From contig OZ242214.1 of the NCBI GenBank assembly GCA_965206595.1, forward strand, positions 3,200,001 to 3,264,000: DNA of 64,000 nucleotides. Direction: 5' to 3'. Position 1 is the stretch's first letter. Each line of letters opens with the position of its first letter. The stretch is from Candidatus Latescibacterota bacterium (GTDB lineage: Bacteria; Latescibacterota; UBA2968; UBA8231). Below, one piece after another: positions 42,442-52,515 of the stretch. Made by a program: the position numbers and the translations under genes. The notes below the pieces were generated by a model. That model made no database searches, was not told the DNA's origin, and worked only from the letters and a program-made list of their open reading frames with translations.

Positions 42442-43303
42442 ATGTCCTGTATCTTCATTGCAGCACTTACAGTTTTGGCTGCCCTCCTTACGGCAGAGGC
42501 AAAAGCCCAAACGGATGAGGCTGCCAGGCAGGAGCCCAAAGAAATCACCATCCACCTCCGTGGAAACCAGCAGATGGCCGCGGCTCTGCAGGAGGCGGCT
42601 GCCAAGGGGACGACAGTTACCGGGATAGCCGATTTTGATTCCCTGTCTGCTGTTTATGGGCTGATGGGAATTTATCGCGAGGGTACGGCTCCATCTTCCA
42701 ATTTTTACGGGCATTGGTTTCGACAGGTTCCCCTCGGATGCAAATGTGATCGCTATTGCCGAAGGCTATAGAAACTTGCCCGGTATACAAGCTGCCCGGT
42801 CGGAGAGCCCGGTTTATTTGGGTAGTGGTATCCATCGCTTGGGGGGCTCGAAACACGCGGGAGTGCGTATTCCCACAAAGATGGTATTCGGCACTTTTTC
42901 CTGTGTGGTTTTATCAGCGATTTCAGGGGTCATGTATGATGCCTATATAGAAAGCGAGACAGAGTACGAGGACGACCCTTGGGGAGGGTTGGAAAGTGCT
43001 ATTTTCGGTCTTCCGGTCGGCATTGCAGTTGGATTCCCGGTGGGTGTGACCCTAGCCGATCCTGATGATTCTTTACCCTGGACTTTGCTAGCCGGTTTCG
43101 TACCGGGAGCGGCGGGGCTTTATTTGATGGAATCCGAACAAGCCGTGGCATCCGGCCTTTTGTTGGCGTATGTCTTTCCGCCATTTCTTTCCCTCGCTGC
43201 TTCTGAACTGTGGCGCAATCCTTCCGAAGATCACCGCACTTCCTTTGGCGTAGCCCCCACCCCGAACGGTGGCCTTTCCGCGGTTACCAAACTGCGATTT
43301 TGA
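42442..43303 (+). CDS. Exported/membrane hypothetical protein, paralog 1 (frameshift near 42725)
   Basis: Signal peptide; shares QTDE.ARQEPKEITIH and DFDSLS with 43334; Gly-rich hydrophobic helices; ends GLSAVTKLRF. Confidence 0.7.
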
Positions 43304-43333
43304 CGGTTAGGTGAACAAAAAGGAGAAAAGCAT

Positions 43334-44122
43334 ATGTCCTGTATTTCCATTGCAGTATTTACAGTTTTGGCTGCCCTCATTGCAGCAGAGGCAAAAGCCC
43401 AAACGGATGAGGATGCCAGGCAGGAGCCCAAAGAAATCACCATACACGTTCGCGAACACAAAAGAGTGGCCGCGGCTCTGCTGGATGCGGTTGAAAAAGG
43501 GACGACATTTATCAAGATCACCGATTTTGATTCGCTTTCCTCCACTTTTGGCTTGATTGGGATATTTAAAAAGAGAAAGGGATCCCCTTTTTATGGATAT
43601 TATTTTCGGTTGATGTTTCCCCCGGAAGCGGATCTAGCGGCGATTGAACTAGCTTATGCCAAGTTACCTTATACTGAATCGTTCAGGCGTAGTTCTCTGA
43701 AGCGAATTTTAATTAAGGTTGGGTTTGGTGCGGCGGTTGGGATTGGGTCACTGATTGGTGCTGGGAATGCGAGTGGTGGTGGACTGGGCGGAGGCATCCT
43801 TGGTTTGTTTGTGGGCCAATTTTTGGGGTATCCTCTCGGGGTGTACCTGGTCGATAGGGAAAGTTCATTTCTTGCGGGCGTGGCGGGTTCGGTTTTTGGG
43901 TATTGGGCGGCAGTCGAACTGTCAGATTCAAACTATTTCGGGGAATTAACTGAACCGGTCGCATGGTCTATTTATCTCGGGCTCCCCATAATCTTATCGG
44001 AGCTGTCTCGCATTAAATCAAGCCCCCAACAAGCTCAATAGGCTTCTCGGTTTTCGCAGATATCTTTCGGTGTGAATCGGGAAAGAAGCGGTCTGTCCGT
44101 TTCAGCAACCCTACGGTTTTAA
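43334..44122 (+). CDS. Exported/membrane hypothetical protein, paralog 2 (in-frame TAG at 44039-44041)
   Basis: After the TAG the same frame reads ASRFSQISFGVNRERSGLSVSATLRF*, matching the paralog's C-terminus. Confidence 0.7.
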
Positions 44123-44150
44123 GATTCACCAAAAAAAGAGGGAGAACCTT

Positions 44151-47100
44151 ATGATTTATATTTTCGCCACAATGACCCTTCTAACCATTCTCATGGCAGA
44201 AATGGCAAAGGGGAGCACGAGCAATGACGAGCGATTAGCCAAGATGTTTTCTCCGATCCTGGTTCTGACGGAAGAAACCAGTACTGAATATGACGATACG
44301 GAACCTATCCGAGTAATTAAACCTGAACCGGTTGAAATCATGGGGGCCAACTCCGCGTCAAATATTTGGCTCTCGGCATACAACCTAGAACCAGATCATG
44401 TAGCCTCAGCCCTCATTAGTTCGGCAACCTTCCCTCCGGCCGACATAAATTCAAATTTTAGGCAATGGTATCCTAATGGGAAAGTAAATTTAGATGCAAA
44501 TAAATTTGGCTATTTAGACCATAGCAATTTGAAAATATACAGGGCCACGGGAGGACTGGTTCCAGGTAATTATTTGACCTATGCTTTTTTTAATTATCCA
44601 GGTGAAACCGCAGCTGAATGGAATCAAAATTATTTCGGTAACGGGATCCACGCCGGAGGGAATTTTCCCAACACCGCGTATGTGCATATCTACGAAAGAA
44701 ATATTGATGAGTACACTGCTGTATACGGCACCGTTACGGTTATCCAGTATTTCTATTTTTACCCATTTAATGATTGGTGGAATAACCACGAGGGAGACTG
44801 GCAGCGCATTGATGTTGTGGTCAGTTCCAGAGATCCAGACACTGCGGAATTTTTGGGTGTAGAGTATAGGTTTCATGAAGTATGGTTGAACTACTACAAG
44901 GATTATGGTGACAATCCGGGAATTACCGACAATTTCGTTTACAATGCGATTTTTCACACAAGACTTCAGGCAGGCACTCATCCTGTAGCCTATATAGGTG
45001 CGGGCTCGCACGCCGCCTACCCTATTTCTGGAGACATTGAATTTTTTGATCCTGCGGAGGTTATAACGGACCCAACGGGGGCGGAGGGAACGGAGGAAGT
45101 ATCTGGATCTGTAGATGTTTTGCCCAGTACGGGATCATGGGAATACATGAGTCATACGGGTTTAGTGCTCACCACCGAAGCGGACGCTTCCCACCCAGGT
45201 TTATGCGAAACCTATGACCTTGTGCATTTGCCAATACCTGATACTTCAAATACCGACAATGCGGGACTGAAACCAGCCATGAGTTGGCTGGGGGCCAAGA
45301 TTCGGTGGGGGACGCCGGTGGTCGATAGTCCCATTATTGCCGAAATTTTCGGAGGTAATTTAAGCCCACAGGATGGGCCTTACGACCGGTATTCCGATGG
45401 GTGGGGCAATCTCAAGATGTTTGGCGAAGTAGGTAAAATTGCTAAAGATCCCTTTTACCATAATGACCTGGTTGGTACCGGGTCCAATACACTAGATGTT
45501 ATTGAATTTCATCACTGGGCTATCCTCGGCGACGAGACCTGGAGCGGCTCGGTTGGCCTGTACGGCGACGTGGTGGTCTTTCCTGGCGCCGAGCTTACGA
45601 TACAGGCAGGGACCACGGTTACCTTTCCATCCCAAAGTGACCGCCATCAATTTAAGGAAGGAAGTCATAGTCTATCCGAGATTTTTGTGTATGGTACCTT
45701 GAAATCTGGAGGGACCAGCAGCAATCAAGTCGTTATCAGGGGCCCCGATCCCTCGGACAATGCGCAGCATTGGGGGGGCATCCGGATGATGGGGGAAGCC
45801 AGTTCCGAAATGGTGCCCCATACCCAAATTCGCAATGCGCCCGTACCCACCATTAGTCCCACTAATTTGACCGTCGTAGCAGCGGATGGCCAAGCCACCC
45901 TGCGGTGGGAAGAACCCTCCCTGTCTGATCCGAGCATAACGGGATGGGAATACCGCACGAAACCGGAAAGCGCTACGGAGTGGGGAGACTGGACGGGTGT
46001 GTCGGGTCGGGCTACGCGGGAGGCGATTGTCCCGAACCTGGCTTATGGAGTTCGACATCAATTTGAGGTGCGGGCGGTCAACACCACCCCCGGGGGCGGG
46101 CCTTCGTCGGATGTGGCGTCGGTAAGCCTGATGACGGTGGCATTCTCCGCGTCTAGCTACTCACTGATTGAAAGCGGCAACCCGGTGTTGCCGGGAGACG
46201 TTCGGGGCCAGGCTGAGGATCCGACGCAAGCGGCCCAGCAGGTGGAGGTCATCGTGGTAGTGACCCCGGCGACCGACCGGGCGCTGACGATCCCGGTGAC
46301 GGTGTCAAACGGCTCGGCGGAGGCGGGCGACTACCGGCAGGACCTTCCTGTGGGCGGTTTGAGCTTTGCGTCGGGTAAGGCTTCGGCTCGATTCACGATC
46401 ACGGCTGTATCTGACGATGATGTGGACGACGAGACGGTCCAGGTGGGTTTGGGAACACCGCTTCCGCCGGGGGTGCAAGCCGGCGATCCGGCCACGGCGA
46501 CGGTGACGTTGTACGATACGCCGTCGGCTCCGACGGTGACGGCCGAAGGCGGCGACGGGTCGGTGACGCTGAGCTGGGCGGCGGCGGGCAATCCGGGCAT
46601 AGAAGGATGGCAGTATCGGATACTCCCGGTCACGAGCCAGGGGGTGTGGAGCGATTGGAAGCCCATGAGGGGCAGCCTTTCGACGACGACGGAGCATACG
46701 GTGGACGGCCTGGACAACGAGGTGACGTATCGTTTCCAGGTGCGGGCGTACAATGCCCGAGGGTACGGGGATGAATCGACATCTGTGGATGCGACCCCGA
46801 CCTCGCCCGGGGCCCCGACGGCCCCGACGGCCCCGCGGTCCCTGACGGCTCGGGCGGGGAACGAACAGGTGAGCCTGTCCTGGGAGACTCCCGACGACAA
46901 CGGCTCGACGCTGACGGGGTGGGAGTATCGGCGCAGCACGGACGGGGGGACCACCTGGGACCCGGACTGGGAGGCGATTCCCCTTCCTCCCGGCACGGTC
47001 GCGGCCGACCTCGAGGAGCATACGGTCGAGGGGCTTACCCACGGTCAGGCGTACACCTTCGAGGTGCGTGCGATCAACGCCGTAGGGGATGGGGCCGCCT

Positions 47101-48845
47101 CGCGGGTGTCTCTGCCGGCGGCGCCGGGGAATTTCCGTGCGCGATGGGTTCTCGAGGGGGCCGATGCTTTTGGGCACCACGAGGCGAAGCTGAGTTGGAC
47201 CGATCCGGCTGACCCCAGCCTCAGCTGGGAATACCGGAAGAAGGAGGGCACCTCGGATTGGGAAACTGCCTGGGCCACGGTGTCCGACGAGGATCCGACG
47301 GGCGTCTCGGTTACGCAGACGGTGGACGGCCTTGACATCACGCAGCCGTACCGGTTCCAGGTGCGGGTCCGTCAACCTGCGGGTTGGCCGGCGGAGGCGG
47401 GGCTGTCCCCGTTGCCGGTTTTTACGCAGCCGCTGTCGGTGCGGGCCCAAAGCGTGGCCGGCAAGGCGCAATTCGATCTGGGGTTTGTCCCCCCGGTGGG
47501 GGGTCCGGACCTGCCGGATGGTTCGCAACAGGTTTCGTCGGCCAACCTCCGATATCAGTTGGTGACCATCCAGGCGAATGGCCAGAAGACGACGAGCGGT
47601 TTCGTCGGTCTGGGCACTTTACCTCAGCTACTTCCTGCGGAGGCGGTAGCGACTTATTCCGCTCCGGCCGGGTCGGTTGGCGGCGCGTCGGAGGCTCAAG
47701 CCGCCGCCTTTCAGGTGGTGGCTACCCTCCTGATTACGGGTCTGGACCCGGGTGTGACCTACCAAATCAAGGTGCGCCTGCTCGATTCCTCCGGGTCGAC
47801 GATATCGGAATCGACGTTGGGTTCGCTGCTGGGTCTTCGGGTGCAGTGGTCCACGGCCGGTTCGGTGGTGCTGAGCTGGAACCGAAGGACCGACCCGGGC
47901 CTCACGGGCTGGCAGTATCGTCAGCAGGCCGGCAGCGGGTCGTGGGGTGACTGGCAGAGCGTGCCCAACAGCACGGCGTCGACGACGAGTCATACGGTGT
48001 CCAGCCTTACCGAGACGGAGACCTACCGGTTCCAGGTGCGGGCGCTGGTGCCGGGGGGTCCGTTGGCCGAATCGTTCACGGTGTCGGCGGCTCCGAAGCC
48101 TTTGGTAGCGCCGGGTAACCTGCATGCGGAACCCGGTCACGCGTCGATGACGTTGCGTTGGGACGACGCGAACAATGCCCGCCTCACCGGGTGGCAGTAT
48201 CGGCAGCGGCAGGCCGGAGAGGATTGGGGAGCGTGGCAGCCGATCCCGGGCAGCACGGCGTCGACGACCTCGTATACGGTTACGGACCTGACCAACGGGG
48301 TGAGCTACCGTTTCCGGGTGCGGGCGTTGGCCGGGTCCCAGCAGGGTCCCTTCGGGAAGTCGGTGGGAGGGCCGCCCAACGGCTTGCGGGCCCAGGCGTT
48401 GAACGGCTCGGTGGAGCTGGTCTGGGCGGACCCGTCCGATTCCCGAATCGCGGGGTGGCAGTATCGGGTGCGCGAGGGTCAGGACAGGTGGAGTGGGTGG
48501 CAGCCGGTCCCGGGCAGCACGGCGTCGACGACCTCGTATACGGTGCCGGACCTGACCAACGGGGTGAATCACCGGTTCCGGGTTCGGGGGGTGGCCTCGA
48601 ATGGCGGGGTGGTGTTGACCTGGCCGATGGTGGAGACGAGTCCGGATGGGTCGCTTGCGGTCCCGCCGCCGGTCCCGGTGACCAACGGTCCGCCGGAGAT
48701 CACGAGCGGTCCTTCAGTGGTATCGTTCGACGAGAACGTCGACGGCGTGGTGGCCGGCGACCAGCCCTCTAAGAAGACTTGGGGGCAGGTCAAAGCACAG
48801 CAACTAAAATCACATCACAACCAAAATCGCGGAGGTGACGCATGA
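44151..48845 (+). CDS. Giant gene B: secreted 1564-aa protein (Vps62-like HEGDW head, beta-helix-like linker, FN3, Calx-beta-like, FN3 stalk, TWGQVK tail)
   Basis: Signal peptide; LAKMFSPILVL, QYFYFYPFND..NHEGDWQRIDV, PVAYIGAGSHAAY; repeated LxW..WQYR..YxFxVRA FN3 units. Confidence 0.85.
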   Translation: MIYIFATMTLLTILMAEMAKGSTSNDERLAKMFSPILVLTEETSTEYDDTEPIRVIKPEPVEIMGANSASNIWLSAYNLEPDHVASALISSATFPPADINSNFRQWYPNGKVNLDANKFGYLDHSNLKIYRATGGLVPGNYLTYAFFNYPGETAAEWNQNYFGNGIHAGGNFPNTAYVHIYERNIDEYTAVYGTVTVIQYFYFYPFNDWWNNHEGDWQRIDVVVSSRDPDTAEFLGVEYRFHEVWLNYYKDYGDNPGITDNFVYNAIFHTRLQAGTHPVAYIGAGSHAAYPISGDIEFFDPAEVITDPTGAEGTEEVSGSVDVLPSTGSWEYMSHTGLVLTTEADASHPGLCETYDLVHLPIPDTSNTDNAGLKPAMSWLGAKIRWGTPVVDSPIIAEIFGGNLSPQDGPYDRYSDGWGNLKMFGEVGKIAKDPFYHNDLVGTGSNTLDVIEFHHWAILGDETWSGSVGLYGDVVVFPGAELTIQAGTTVTFPSQSDRHQFKEGSHSLSEIFVYGTLKSGGTSSNQVVIRGPDPSDNAQHWGGIRMMGEASSEMVPHTQIRNAPVPTISPTNLTVVAADGQATLRWEEPSLSDPSITGWEYRTKPESATEWGDWTGVSGRATREAIVPNLAYGVRHQFEVRAVNTTPGGGPSSDVASVSLMTVAFSASSYSLIESGNPVLPGDVRGQAEDPTQAAQQVEVIVVVTPATDRALTIPVTVSNGSAEAGDYRQDLPVGGLSFASGKASARFTITAVSDDDVDDETVQVGLGTPLPPGVQAGDPATATVTLYDTPSAPTVTAEGGDGSVTLSWAAAGNPGIEGWQYRILPVTSQGVWSDWKPMRGSLSTTTEHTVDGLDNEVTYRFQVRAYNARGYGDESTSVDATPTSPGAPTAPTAPRSLTARAGNEQVSLSWETPDDNGSTLTGWEYRRSTDGGTTWDPDWEAIPLPPGTVAADLEEHTVEGLTHGQAYTFEVRAINAVGDGAASRVSLPAAPGNFRARWVLEGADAFGHHEAKLSWTDPADPSLSWEYRKKEGTSDWETAWATVSDEDPTGVSVTQTVDGLDITQPYRFQVRVRQPAGWPAEAGLSPLPVFTQPLSVRAQSVAGKAQFDLGFVPPVGGPDLPDGSQQVSSANLRYQLVTIQANGQKTTSGFVGLGTLPQLLPAEAVATYSAPAGSVGGASEAQAAAFQVVATLLITGLDPGVTYQIKVRLLDSSGSTISESTLGSLLGLRVQWSTAGSVVLSWNRRTDPGLTGWQYRQQAGSGSWGDWQSVPNSTASTTSHTVSSLTETETYRFQVRALVPGGPLAESFTVSAAPKPLVAPGNLHAEPGHASMTLRWDDANNARLTGWQYRQRQAGEDWGAWQPIPGSTASTTSYTVTDLTNGVSYRFRVRALAGSQQGPFGKSVGGPPNGLRAQALNGSVELVWADPSDSRIAGWQYRVREGQDRWSGWQPVPGSTASTTSYTVPDLTNGVNHRFRVRGVASNGGVVLTWPMVETSPDGSLAVPPPVPVTNGPPEITSGPSVVSFDENVDGVVAGDQPSKKTWGQVKAQQLKSHHNQNRGGDA
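48066..48670 (+). repeat. Shared FN3 block, copy B
   Basis: Nearly identical to copies A, C and D. Confidence 0.9.
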
Positions 48846-49750
48846 AAGCGCTCGTACTACTTCTCGCATCTGTCATGTGCTTCGGCGGAATGCCGGCCGG
48901 AGCTCAGGAGGAGGGAATTAAGGTCTATGTAAACCTTGAAGAGGGGGCGATCTACAAAAGCAATCTGGACGGGAGCGGAGAACAGCGCCTCGTCGAGGGC
49001 TGGGGGCCTGACCTATCCCCGGACCAAAGACACGTGGCTTTCACCAGAAACAAGAGTTTGTACCTGTTTGATCTCCAGACAATGAAAGAGAAGATCCTGG
49101 TGGAGATTGATACAGGTAGGCCCGCCGTCGAACCCGTATGGCATCCCAGAGGTAGCACCATCTTTTTCAATAGGGCAGGTGTGTTTCTTTCTGACATCTA
49201 TGCAATAAAGAAGGACGGCACAAACCTTCGTTTGGTCGTACCCGGTGGAGGGTATTACGACTTCCTATCCTGGCCGGGTCCTTTTTCTCCCGACGGTGGC
49301 CATTTGCTGTATACCAACTGCCATGACGACTGCGAATCCCTGCGAGTCGTTGACATCGACACCGGTAACCGGACGGAATTGTCGGGGCGCACGAGCTACG
49401 GTGCCTGGGCGCCCAATGGTCGCCATATCGCCTTTGGCGATGCCCGGGGGCCGGGGCTTTTTGTCGCCGATCCCGGCGGCGCGCAGGTGCAGACGGTCCT
49501 GGAAGATGTCCAGGTCGGCGATCTTTCCTGGTCACCTGACAGCACGCGGATAGCCTACACCCAGAAGGGTGGTTCCGGGGCGACGGGCGCCTCGGGGGGC
49601 ATCTACGAGGTGAGACTGGATGGCACGGGCCTGCGGTCTCGGGATGCCCACTTCGACAAGTGGGAGTATTCGCTCGATTCCACTTCCACCGTCGTCGCCC
49701 CCCAGACCCTTGAGAGGACCTGGGGCCAGGTCAAAAACGAACAGCAGTAA
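48842..49750 (+). CDS. TolB-like (PD40) beta-propeller protein with TWGQVK tail, copy 1
   Basis: Signal peptide; repeated P.(L/W/F)SPDG..(I/V)AF; ATGA overlap with giant B. Confidence 0.85.
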   Translation: MKALVLLLASVMCFGGMPAGAQEEGIKVYVNLEEGAIYKSNLDGSGEQRLVEGWGPDLSPDQRHVAFTRNKSLYLFDLQTMKEKILVEIDTGRPAVEPVWHPRGSTIFFNRAGVFLSDIYAIKKDGTNLRLVVPGGGYYDFLSWPGPFSPDGGHLLYTNCHDDCESLRVVDIDTGNRTELSGRTSYGAWAPNGRHIAFGDARGPGLFVADPGGAQVQTVLEDVQVGDLSWSPDSTRIAYTQKGGSGATGASGGIYEVRLDGTGLRSRDAHFDKWEYSLDSTSTVVAPQTLERTWGQVKNEQQ

Positions 49751-49761
49751 AAACTCCAACC

Positions 49762-52465
49762 TGAGCGGTCGGGTACATCCTTTACAGAAAAGTCCGGCAA
49801 CATGGTTTACAGTTTCCGGCGAGCGGCTTTACCCAAAGCGTCGGTGATGGTGAGCTGTCGTTCGTCCAAGCGACCCAGTCTAAGGGGACCGAACCACACC
49901 TCCCAGACCCCGTCGTCAATGGGTTCCAAGCCGATGGGTTGTTGACGCAACGCGGTACTGACGGCTACTCGATGGGTCTTCCATCGGATGCCTCCGTTGC
50001 CACTGACCCGACGTACCTCCCGGTGCACGGGGTAGTGTAGGGGCGGCAGTTTTCTGGGGAAAGGACGGGGCGAGGGTTGGTAGAACTCGATCGGAGGTCG
50101 TTGGTCCAAGGCCTCGTGGGGTCGTACCTGGTTGTATTCGTTACGGAAGCGGGTAAAGCGGTATTGCTGTCCGAAGCGGGACGCAGCGGGGGGAATCGTC
50201 GCCTCCGACTTGAGCGTGCCATGCATGCGTTCGTGGCGCCCATTCTGCTGCGGGCAGCCGGGCTGGATGCGCTCGGGCACGATGCCGAGCCGAATCCACC
50301 AGACCGACAGCTGGGAGAGCCGTCCCAGCGCCTGGGAGGAGGCGAAGGGGGCGCCGTTGTCGGTGCGGATGATGCGGGGCAGGCCATACTCTCGGAAGAG
50401 CCGGTGGAAGACCGGCCGGCTCAGCGGTCCCTGGGGCGCTGTGAGGGCTTGGCACCCCAGCAGGAAGCGGCTGTAGCCGTCGACGACGGTCAGCGGGTAG
50501 CAGTAGCGGCCATCCAGGGTCTTGAACTGCCCCTTGAAGTCGGCGGTCCAGACGTGATTGGGCTCGCTCAGGGGAGTCTGGGGCGGCCCCGCAGGGCCCG
50601 GCCGGCGCCGCGTCCGCGGCGTCGGCACCAGGCCATGGCGTTTGAGGATATCGCAGACAGTGGTGCGTGCCGGCCAGGGGCGATGCGGCTGCGACCGCCA
50701 GAGGAGCGCCAACAGCTTCTTGGCACCCCAGGTCGGGTGTCTGTGGCGCGCCTCGAGAATCGCCTCTACGAGGTCGGACGGCGTAGCGTGCGGGCAACGG
50801 ACCGGTCTACGCGACGCCTCCATCAAGCCGGCCGCGCCTGCGTCGACATACCGCTGCACCCACTTGTAGCCGGTGGGACGGCTGATGCCGTAGCGACGGC
50901 ACAGGTCGGAAAAGGGGAAGTAGTCCTCGAGGTAATCGGCGATGAAGTGCATTCGTTGGTCCATGGCTGAGGTTTCGTTCCAGGGCATGTGAGCATGCTC
51001 CTTGAGATGCTCAAAGGTGGGCGAAACTGTAAGCCATGTACCTGGACTGATCTGTAAACCATGTACCTGGACTTTTGCAAAAGGCAGAATTCCTGGATAA
51101 TCGGTCAAGGATTAGAGGGTAGCACGAATTCGATGGAACTTGGTATGTTTGGTAGGACGAAGGCATCCCCGGCCTCGGTTTCCCCTGGCCATGAGAGAGG
51201 TTGTTCATGCCAGGTATTGTTGATTTTCCCACGGTGGTTGAAGAAGCGGTGGCCGAGTTCGGCGGCCTCTTCGCCAACGCCCCGGAGCGCCGTCACTTTG
51301 GCGAGTATCTAACCGGGTTGATGGTGGCCGAACGCAAAAATGTATCGGCGATCAACGCCGAGTTCGTCGAGACCACCGATCAGTCCTGCCTGAACCGCTG
51401 GATTACGCAGGTGCGGTGGGACGGAAAATGGCTCAACGAACATCGCCTGGAATGGTTGCAGGAGCACCCTTCGACGCGCTATTCAGGGCGCGGGGTGATC
51501 GCCATCGACAACACCTTGGTCGGCCACAGCGGAGAAAAGATCGAGGATGTGGGGTGGTTTTGGGATCACTCGGACAAGCGCCATATGATTGCGCACGACT
51601 ACGTCATCGCCAACTACGTGTGCACCTCGGGGAAATACTATCCGTTGGAATTCCGTCGCTTTCGCAAGGGCCGGGAAGGGGAGACGGACCCCTCCTTCAA
51701 GAGCCATACCGAGCTGTTCAAAGAGCTGGTGGACTGGGTCGTGTTCCGACAGATCCCGGGCGATTTCGCCTTCGACTGCTACTTCAGCAGTGTCGAGTGT
51801 CTCGATCACCTCCATAGTCATGAGCGCGGCTACGTAGGAGCCCTGAAGAGCAACCGCAAGGTCGAGTTCAAGGGCGGCCTGATGAAGGCCGCGGAAGTGG
51901 CTGCGAATATCCCGCCCGAGGATCGCAAACAGGTCAGCATCGGCAAGCGCAAACAATGGTATTTCACCAAAACCCTGAGTCTGCCCAAGCTCGAGCACCG
52001 GGTTCGCCTGGTGATCCTGTGGGATCGCAAGAACGGCAGGGAAGCGGTCAAGTTTCTACTCACCAATCGCGTGCACTGGGAGATCGCTCGTATACTGAAC
52101 GTCTATCGCAAACGCTGGACAGGCACCGAGACCTTTCATCGGGACGGCAAGCACCATCTGGGCATGGGAGACTGTCAGTTACAAAAGCGGCGAGGGCCAG
52201 ACCCGGCATAGGTACCTCGTGATGCTGACGCACAGTCTGCTCATGGCACGGATGCGGCAGGGCCGTGCGCGTGACTGGGCTCATACCGTGCTGACGACCA
52301 TTGGCGAAGCCTGTCGAGCCGTGTCGCGAGAGACGCTCAGCAAAACCATCTCCTGGGTAGTGGACCAAGCCTCAATAGGGTGGACAGAGCAGCGAATTGT
52401 CGCACATCTCAAACTTTAGTAAAAAAGCGGAGTTTGCAAAAGTCCAGATGTACCTGGACCGTACC
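49762..52465 (-). mobile_element. IS481-family element (transposase 49807-50988) with IS701 inserted in its terminal repeat
   Basis: MPWNETS..., WTADFKG, IRTDNG, QNGRHERMH, RPHEAL; ends contain repeated TGTAAAccATGTAcc. Confidence 0.88.
51067..52447 (+). mobile_element. IS701-family element (transposase 51207-52419, frameshift near 52185)
   Basis: Perfect 15-bp TIRs CTGGACTTTTGCAAA; ATGTAC direct repeats at 51061 and 52448; YLTGL..RKN, IAIDNT, FDCYF, RW..ETFHRD.K. Confidence 0.85.
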
Positions 52466-52515
52466 CGCAACTTCAAGACTTCCGAAACCAAAAAAACAGT
52501 GAATGGAGGGACACA

